From: Caecitellus pseudoparvulus
Taxonomy: Eukaryota; Protista; Bigyra: Bicosoecida
Length of the DNA stretch: 64,000 bases
NCBI GenBank assembly: GCA_965644315.1
Contig: CBFFRQ010000018.1
Coordinates: 1,178,001 to 1,242,000, forward strand
Direction: 5' to 3'
Shown: positions 56,830 through 64,000 of the stretch, piece by piece
Position numbering within the stretch: position 1 is the stretch's first letter
Layout: the number at the start of each line of letters is the position of its first letter
Program-made: the position numbers and the translations under genes
The notes under the pieces: generated by a model
Databases searched by the model: none
What the model saw: the letters and a program-made list of their open reading frames with translations, nothing else
Told to the model about the DNA's origin: nothing

Positions 56830-56925
56830 GGCGTGTGTGCCGCGCACCTGGGTCGACGCCCCTTGTCAATGCAACTAGCCGCGTGAAGGGCAGTGGACTG
56901 CCTACCTCTCTCAAGCCTGGCCGCG

Positions 56926-59098
56926 TCACGGCGCCGCCCCGCCCCCATCCAACAGCTGCCCCCCGCCGCTGGCACGGTGCTCCAGGCTGGCCAAGAAGCC
57001 TGTCCGGCGCACCAGCGGCATGCTGACACTGTCCACGAGGGCGGAGCCTGACGTGATGTGGTCTGCCACCACCACGAAGTCGATGGGGTGCTGCTCTGCC
57101 AGGAAGCGCAGGGCAGCCACCTCCAGGTACGAGACGCCGCCCAGGAAGCACACGACGACGGTGCGGCGGCGCGTGGAGCCGCCCTCGAAGCGGGACACGC
57201 CACCCCCCTCGCCGCCAAGCGCAGCGGCAGTGGCAGCGGCAGGGGTCGAGCCGGCGCCAGCCCCCCCTCCAGGCTGCACCTGCGCGTCGCCCAGACTCTG
57301 CTCCTTGGCGGCCTGACGCAGGGCGAGGGTGGGCGCCTTGACGTGCTTCACGGCGGCAAAGCCCCGTGTCAGGGCGACGTTGATCATCTGCACGCTGAGG
57401 GGGGCGTACCCCGACGTGAGGTAGTGCGGCGTGGTGGGGCGGTGCACGTCCACCTCCGCCGCCACCAGCCCCAAGTCGTCCCTGATGGCGGGCCACGGCC
57501 ACACGACGCCGCCAGAGCCAAAGGCGGCAAAGGCGCCCGAGTCATGGCCTCGGGCGCGCAGGAGACCACACGCCTCCAGCTGGCTCAAGGTCAGCACGTG
57601 CTCGAAGCCGAACGCGTCCAGGAACTCCTTGCGGAGGGCGTCCAGGGCGGCCTTCTTGAGTCCACCGCAGCACTGCGAGTGCAGGCACAGCAGGCGCAGG
57701 GTGGAGGTGGCGTCGCGCTGGCGTGCCATGGCGTCGGCCAGGAACTCCGCCACGCCCCGCTCGTTGTCTTGGTCTAGCATGGCGCGCTCCATCTGCCACT
57801 GCTCGGAGAAGGCGGGGGAGGTGGACACGTCCTGCACGAGGCCCGCCAGGTTGATCATCTGCGCGATGCCGCGCACGTGCTGCTGCTTGCCTGGGATGTT
57901 CTTCACAAAGGCGCTGATGTCGTCCGTCGCGTCCAGCGTGTGCCGCGCCTCGTACCACTCATTCAGCTCCTTGGCCTGGGCCTTGAGGAACTCAGGCACC
58001 ACCGCCACGTGCATGCTGCGCACAGTGGCGTACATTTGGTCGCTGGCGTTCAGCGCGATGCGCACGGGCGGCGCGTCGGGCGGCGGCTCCACCTCTGCGT
58101 CTGCCGCACGGCGCTTGTCTGGATCGGCGGCCAGGTGCTTGGGGTGCAGCATGAGCGTGCCCGATGCCAGCGTCAGCGTGTCGTGCACCAGCGCCTCGAA
58201 GGAGAGCGGGGACAGCAGGGGCGTCACCAAGTCGGCCGTGCGGTCCAGGATGACGATGTCGCTGAGCGTGCCGGATGCGGGGTACGCCACGCCGTCGGCA
58301 CCCCCCGCATCCACCACGCTGTTCTTGGCCTCCAGCAGGGACTGCGCCACGGCGCAAGACAGGTCCCCGCATGCGTGCACGTGCTGCGCCATGCCGTACA
58401 GCAGCTGCATGCGGTGCAGGGCCCGGCTGACGCGGCTGACCAGGGTGTGGTCTTGGTGCAGGAAGCAGTCGGCGAACCCCGTGGGGCAGTGCATGCTGAG
58501 CAGGTCGTCGTCCAGGGGGATGAGGTCCACCTCGCAGCTGTCCAGGGAGTCCAGGTCCTCCCGCACACCCTCCTCCTCCAGCACCCGGTCCGCGATGAAG
58601 CTTCGCTGAGGGGTGAACAGCACGTGGTACGACGGCTCCGGGTCGCACTCCAGCTGGTGTGCCTTGATGCTGCGAGCCACCAGGCGCGCAGCCGCCAGCG
58701 TCGGCTGCACCATGAACACCGCGTTCATCGTGCTCGCGAATGGCACGTCCAGAGCCATGGGCACGACAGTCGTGTCCTGCGCAGGCAACAGGCGAGGTGC
58801 GTGCCGGCGCTCACAGCTTGAAAGCGAGTGCCACGCACTGGGAGGCTCTTGAAACCGTCTGCAAACAGCATCCGGACGCCAGTCATCAATGCTGCGTCCA
58901 GGTACAGCGTCTTCGGGCCAGGGATCTGCGGCGCAGCGTGAGTTAGGTTTGCCCCTGGTGCAGTGCAGCAGCTCTCTTGACGCCGGCGCACACCATTTCA
59001 AGGGACTCCACCAGCTGCTGCCCAGCATCTTGCTGCAGTGCTGTGAGGTCCAGTGCCCCTGCATTCAACGAAGGAATGCTGCCGTATGCGAGAGACAT
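56926..59098 (-). CDS. VPS33: Sec1/Munc18-family protein VPS33
   Basis: LVESLEM|IPGPKTLYLD, DLIPLDDDLLSM, ILDRTADLVTPLLSPLSFEAL, TLRLLCLHS..CGGLK, FLDAFGFEH, SGYAPLSV, FLGGVSYLEVAALRFL. Confidence 0.9.
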
Positions 59099-59261
59099 GG
59101 CGGGCTTGCTGCTGAAGGAGGCACGCTTGCCCAACTCCTGGCCCAAGTTCCGCACCACGGCGGCGCAATCCCCGCGCAGCGCCAAATCCAAGTGCCAACG
59201 CACATGACAACGAGCTTCTGTTAATTTAACGCAGCACGTACTTGTGCCTTGAACCAGTGGC

Positions 59262-59858
59262 ATGGCCTCTGAAGTCGGCACGGGGGCCTCCAGCGCCCCC
59301 ACTGACCTGGCGTCCAAGCTTGCCACCGTCACTGCCGTCAAGGCCGAGGGCAACGACGCCTTCAAGCAGGGCGAGGTCAGGGCCGCACTGAAGTCCTACA
59401 AGAAGGCCCTCCTGCACATGGCCTCCCTGCGCTCCGCATCCAACGGCGAGGCCGGCCTGGCCGATGCGCTGGGCAAGGGCCCGACCAAGCTGACCGACGC
59501 CGAGACGCAGCAAGTGCGCAGTCTGGCCAGCACTGTCCTCCTCAACATCGTCGCCTGCTACCTCAAGCTGCAAGACGGCGCCAAGGCCCTCAAGTACGCC
59601 CAGCAGGCGGCCGCTGAAGGTGCTGCGCCCCCCGACAAAACCGCCCTGCGCCTGGGCCAAGCGTACCTGCTCAAGGGTGACCTGTACAATGCCGAGGAGG
59701 TGCTGAAGAAGGCTGCAGAGGAGCACACTGCTGGGCCCGTGGCAGTGGCCATCCGCAAGGCCCTGGCCACGGCTCGCTCCCGCAGCAAGAACGCGCGCGC
59801 TGCCTTTGGAGCCAAGCTGTCAGCTGCATTCGCCAGTGCCGCCAGTGGCGGCACCTGA
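59262..59858 (+). CDS. TPR protein (FKBP/TTC9-type TPR clamp, no PPIase domain)
   Basis: KAEGNDAFKQG...YKKAL, LNIVACYLKL, KTALRLGQAYL. Confidence 0.8.
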   Translation: MASEVGTGASSAPTDLASKLATVTAVKAEGNDAFKQGEVRAALKSYKKALLHMASLRSASNGEAGLADALGKGPTKLTDAETQQVRSLASTVLLNIVACYLKLQDGAKALKYAQQAAAEGAAPPDKTALRLGQAYLLKGDLYNAEEVLKKAAEEHTAGPVAVAIRKALATARSRSKNARAAFGAKLSAAFASAASGGT

Positions 59859-60725
59859 CGCCGGCTGGCACAGCAGCATGCAGGCGTGCTCGCCCCACGT
59901 GTGACGGGAGAGCCTGAACCCCACGCTGGCACTGTGCTGGGCCAGCCCCTTGGCCAGCCGCCCTAGCAGCTGCTCCACGCCCGGCACACAGTCCGGGTCA
60001 CTCACCACCAGCACCGTGGGCGGGGTGCTGGGGCTCCTCTGCCCGCCACGCATGAGGGCTAGCAGCGTCGCCTGCAGCCCCGGCAGGGCGTGTCTGGAAT
60101 ACACCACGTCACACGCCAGCACCAGGCCCACGGGGGGCGCTGCCGCCAGCACCGTCTCCTCCGCCCCGGTCCCCCACGCCAGCCCCATCACGGGCGGCGG
60201 GCCGTGGCCGGTGTCTGCCAACAGGCCTGCCAGGGCGGCACGTGCGGCGTCCACCTTGGCGGGATGCTCCGTTGCCACCGCTGCGTGCCCGCTGTCCACG
60301 GCAAAGGCACAGGGCAGGGCATGCCCCGCCCCAACTTCCAGCACTGCCCCAGCCGCCAACGCCACTCGCACAGCTGTCACCACCGGGTGCTCGGGGCTGC
60401 TGGTGGGAGGCTGCACAGCCCCCGCCAGCACCTGCGTCGCCACCACAGCGCCAGCCCACAAAATGCTGCTGCCTTCGCCGTCTGCCTCCAGTGGCTTCTC
60501 GCGCAGGCGCAGCAAGTGGCCACTCGTGGGATGCAGCACTGCCCGGCAGTGACACCCGGTGCCAGGCTCAAATGCGCCGAACGACGCTGCCAAGTCCCCC
60601 GGGCCGCGCAGCGCACCCACGTCCTCTGCCCAAATAAACTCGCTCAGCGGCGGACCGGCAGCCCCGCCGTGGACAATACGTAGCAGGCGCCCTTCACGAC
60701 CTCGGCTGGGGTCACTTGCCGCCAT
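59820..60725 (-). CDS. Methyltransf_16 (METTL21-like) protein methyltransferase
   Basis: SILWAGAVVA, VLEVGAGHALP, LAWG, LVLACDVVY. Confidence 0.75.
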   Translation of the reverse strand: MAASDPSRGREGRLLRIVHGGAAGPPLSEFIWAEDVGALRGPGDLAASFGAFEPGTGCHCRAVLHPTSGHLLRLREKPLEADGEGSSILWAGAVVATQVLAGAVQPPTSSPEHPVVTAVRVALAAGAVLEVGAGHALPCAFAVDSGHAAVATEHPAKVDAARAALAGLLADTGHGPPPVMGLAWGTGAEETVLAAAPPVGLVLACDVVYSRHALPGLQATLLALMRGGQRSPSTPPTVLVVSDPDCVPGVEQLLGRLAKGLAQHSASVGFRLSRHTWGEHACMLLCQPASGAATGGTGECS

Positions 60726-61368
60726 GCGAGCCACCCTCCACCAAACTTCCCATCCACGCCTGCGTCTCAGGCGACTTCAACGCCGCGTAGGCAGGGGCGC
60801 CCAGTGCCCCAATGACAAGTCCTGCCCAAGCGCCGGTCCAGGGCCGTCTCCCTGCATTGCATCACACGCTGTGCGTGCTGCAATGCACCGCGCACGATGC
60901 GGAAATCGCTCAGCCGACACGCACCTAGAGCCCCCCACAGGGAAAACGTCACGCCACTCGCCACAAACCAGTTCACACTGCACTCTGGCTGGCCGCTTGT
61001 GTACGCTGCCACTTGCTCCGTTGCCAGGAACACAGACGTGAACAGCGCCACTCGGCGAGCCCGCCCAACACCAGCCAGCCGCTGCACAGAAGGCCAGCTC
61101 ATGTCCACTGGCACAAGCCCCGAGGCAGCGTGCGAAGGGAGTCTTTGCTAGGGCACTCCACACTCACGAGCTCCGTGACGTGATGGGGAGGGTTTGAATT
61201 GTGCCATCCTGGTGGCAATGCTGCTGCGAGCCGTGGAGAGTTTGAGGTTGTCGAGCACTCGCTTGTGCTGGCTCAAACCCCAATGCCCACGACCGCGAAC
61301 AGCAACACTTTGCCTTGCACCTGTGTAAGGCGTGTGTGTGATCAGCTTGCGCCTGTTCAAGCACAGCC

Positions 61369-63655
61369 ATGGCGAGCCTGGCGTCAGCGGGACACGGCGC
61401 CGCGTCGGCGACCGAGACACAGCGCCTGGCCAGCATCGCCCAGGCCGTCACGCAGGCACCCGAGGTGAGTTGAGGGGGAGCTTTCTGGCTTGAAGTATGA
61501 TGCCTACGAGCATATATGGCCCCCATCCGCTTACTGCAGCGCTTCTACCGCCCTGATGAGGAGCTAGCGAGGGATTTGCGGGAGGCTGTGAAGCTGGCTT
61601 TTGACGCAGGTGAGTGCCGACGCAGGCGGGGCTCCAGCTCGTGACAGAGGCAGAGCACGCAACTATTCACTGCGCAGGTGCACACAGTGCGTGTGTGACA
61701 GTGCCCCTTCCGGAGCTGTACGTGGATGGCTTCGATGCGGACCAGATTTGGGAGGAGTTTGAGGTGCAGGTGCGGAAATCGAAGGCGGCAGCGTTCCGCC
61801 AGCACAGCCCGCCGCACTGTGCTTGACGCGCTGCGCTGCGCAGCACAAGGGAGCGTTGGGCGCCCTGGACAAGCGCTTGGATGTGTTGTTGGGCCGGCTG
61901 GAACAGGTGTCCCTCCCCTCCGCTTTGGTGCCTCGGCACCTGCCAAGCGCCGATGTGGCGCAGCATTCCTCGTCAGACTCGGGCAGCGTGGGCAGCGCAG
62001 ACAGCTCTGACAGCACAGACAGCTCGCAAGACCTGGACCACGGCAGTGACCGCACAGACACTGAAGCAGAGCCGGGCGAGGAGGCCCTGCAGGACCTGGT
62101 GGCGGACATGGACGCCTTCGACGCAGCGCACCAGGGGCTGGCGCTGGAGGGCGCTGACGAGGATGGTGACGACTTGATCGACTACTCCAAGCCTGTGCCG
62201 CAGGCAGGCGGCAGTGGGCAGCCCATCATGTACGAGGACTTCTTCGGCCCCCGGCCGTCGGGGGGGCGCGCCGCGTCTGCCGCTGCTGCGGGCGACTTCG
62301 GGTCGGACTCCGAGGGGGATGATGACTCTGACGGCAACGCAGGCATTGCTGCGTTGGGCGGCGCGGACAGCGAGGAGGAGGACGCCATTGTGAACCACCT
62401 GCACGAGGAAGGGCGGGCTGGCGACGAGGAGGGGGAGGCCAGTGACAGCGGCTCGGAGTTCGACGTGGACGATGGCGGGGCGGTGGGCACCCGCGCCGGC
62501 TTGCACTTCCCCGTGCGCTCTGAGCGCCCCGCAGAGACGCCAGAGGTGCTGTCGACCTTCCAGAAACGCCAGGCTGCCCTGGCGCGGGAGGTGGCGGAGC
62601 TGGAGGAGGCGGCAGTGGCGTCCAAGACGTGGGAGCTGCAGGGTGAGGTGGGCGGGAAAACGCGCCCCGTGAACAGCCTCCTGCACGCGACGCTGGACAC
62701 AGAGGCGCGGCGGAAGCTGGCGCCGGTGGTCACGCCAGCCTCCACGAATGCCCTGGAGGAGCTCATCAAGCAGCGCATTCGCGACGAGGCGTGGGACGAC
62801 GTGGAGCGCCGCGTGCTGGACTCTGAGGCTGCGGCACTGCAGGCGAAGAAAGACCTGCCTGACGTGTCCACGAGCGGGGACAGGGCCGGCCTGGGTGAAG
62901 TGTATGCGAAGGAGTACGAGAAGCGCGTGATGGGCGTGGCGGAGGAGAGCGAGGAGAGCAAGGTGGAGGTGGAGGTGGCGGGGCTGTGGGCTGCGTTGTC
63001 GCGGAATTTGGACGCGCTGACCAACTTTCATTTCACGCCCATGCCCGCCGTGCCCGAAGCCGGCATCGCCGTCAAGCCCGGCGTGGCAGCTGTTGCCATG
63101 GAGGAGGCGCTGCCTGGCGCCGTGGCAGCTGACGCGGCCCAGGCGCCGGAGGAAGTGCACGCACCTGCGCGCGGCCACGGCAACGCGGCGGCGGAATTGA
63201 CCTCTGCGCAGCGCAAAGCCCACCGCCGCGCCGCCAAGGTGGCAGGGCGCAAGCGCCGCCGCGAGGCTGCAGCACAGGACGCCCTGCGTGCCGCCGCCGA
63301 CCCCAAGCGCGCCAAGGCCTCTGCCGACGCTCGCATGCGGGAAGACCTGGCGCGGAACAAGGCAGTGTCCCTGGCCGCTGGACGGGGCCCTGCTGCTGCC
63401 GCCGCCGCTGGTGCTGCTGGGAGGGGGCAGCTGGCTGACGTGGCGACGTCAGGTCACATCAAGTCTGGCGCCCTCTTCAGCGCCCTGCAGGCAGAGGCCC
63501 AGAGCAAGATCGCACGTGCAGCTGGCACGGCCGGCCGTGGCGCTGGTGCGGCGCCAGCTGGCAGCGCCGACGGTGCCGAGCTGCGGCGTAGCAAGAAGAA
63601 GCGCGGCAAGGGCGGCAGGGGTGCTGCCTCCAAAGCCGCTGGCCTGCGCCTGTGA
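61369..63655 (+). CDS. MPP10: U3 snoRNP protein MPP10
   Basis: Three 5' introns. LPELYVDGFDADQIWEE, IMYEDFFG, LSTFQKRQ, WELQGEV...RPVNSLL, LEELIKQRIRDEAWDDV, LGEVYAKEY, LDALTNFHFTP, APEEV. Confidence 0.93.
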
Positions 63656-63678
63656 ATGCACAGACCCCTCCCCCCCCC

Positions 63679-64000
63679 TCACAGGGCCTGCATGTGCTCG
63701 GTGAGGAAGGTGAGGCCCTCCTCCAGGCCCTCCCCTGACGTGGCAGACATGCCCTGCACCGCCCAGGTGCGCTCCCCGAGCAGCGCCGGCAGACCCAGCT
63801 CCGCCTGCACCTCCTCTACCGCCGCCGCCGCGCCCGCGTCTGACTTGTTGGCCACCACGAGGCACGGCACGCCTTTCAGGTCCGGGGACTCTAGCACGGA
63901 AGCCAGCTCTGCTGCGGCGGCGGGGAAGCGCTCCCGGTCGGTGCTGTCCACGACGAAGATCAGGCCTTGGGTGCCGGCGAGGTGGTGGGACCAGTGCGGG
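63679..64000 (-). CDS. ARF/ARL small GTPase (partial; 5' part outside the window)
   Basis: PHWSHHLAGTQGLIFVVDSTDRER...LVVANKSD...SATSGEGLEEGL. Confidence 0.88.
   Translation of the reverse strand, partial: PHWSHHLAGTQGLIFVVDSTDRERFPAAAAELASVLESPDLKGVPCLVVANKSDAGAAAAVEEVQAELGLPALLGERTWAVQGMSATSGEGLEEGLTFLTEHMQAL

Noticed and set aside
1-64000. tRNA, rRNA, transposase, integrase or viral/virophage insertion
   Set aside because: None recognised by eye; no AT-rich island or terminal repeats were seen. tRNAscan and repeat searches were not run.

Overview
GC-rich, gene-dense eukaryotic (protist) genomic DNA with short GT-AG introns (mostly 60-130 bp) and short intergenic spacers. A stramenopile-like organism is an inference only. 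The window holds about 24 protein-coding genes: ANK-SAM-kinase, AP2 transcription factor, SLC43-like MFS transporter, DHPS, two glycosyltransferase-like proteins, RCL1, CIAO1, DDX49/DBP8, RRP9, proline iminopeptidase, SIL1, NPH3-like BTB protein, VPS33, TPR protein, METTL21-like methyltransferase, MPP10, a partial ARF/ARL GTPase and several unknowns. Two major elements are missing from the ORF track. (1) An uninterrupted minus-strand frame of about 8 kb runs off the left edge. It encodes an IP3-receptor-family protein (suppressor/beta-trefoil, MIR, two RIH domains) with two tandem bacterial-type Cache sensor domains fused at its N-terminus, and most canonical IP3-binding basic residues appear to be lost. 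It is a candidate small-molecule-gated Ca2+ release channel and the top finding. (2) There are nine box C/D snoRNA candidates: two in an enlarged RCL1 intron and seven in a non-coding host locus diverging from RCL1. Other oddities are a HIBCH/mS47-like protein split by an insertion of about 1,600 aa and an orphan urease-beta-like domain in a large unknown protein. All homology calls are by eye from remembered motifs; no searches were run.
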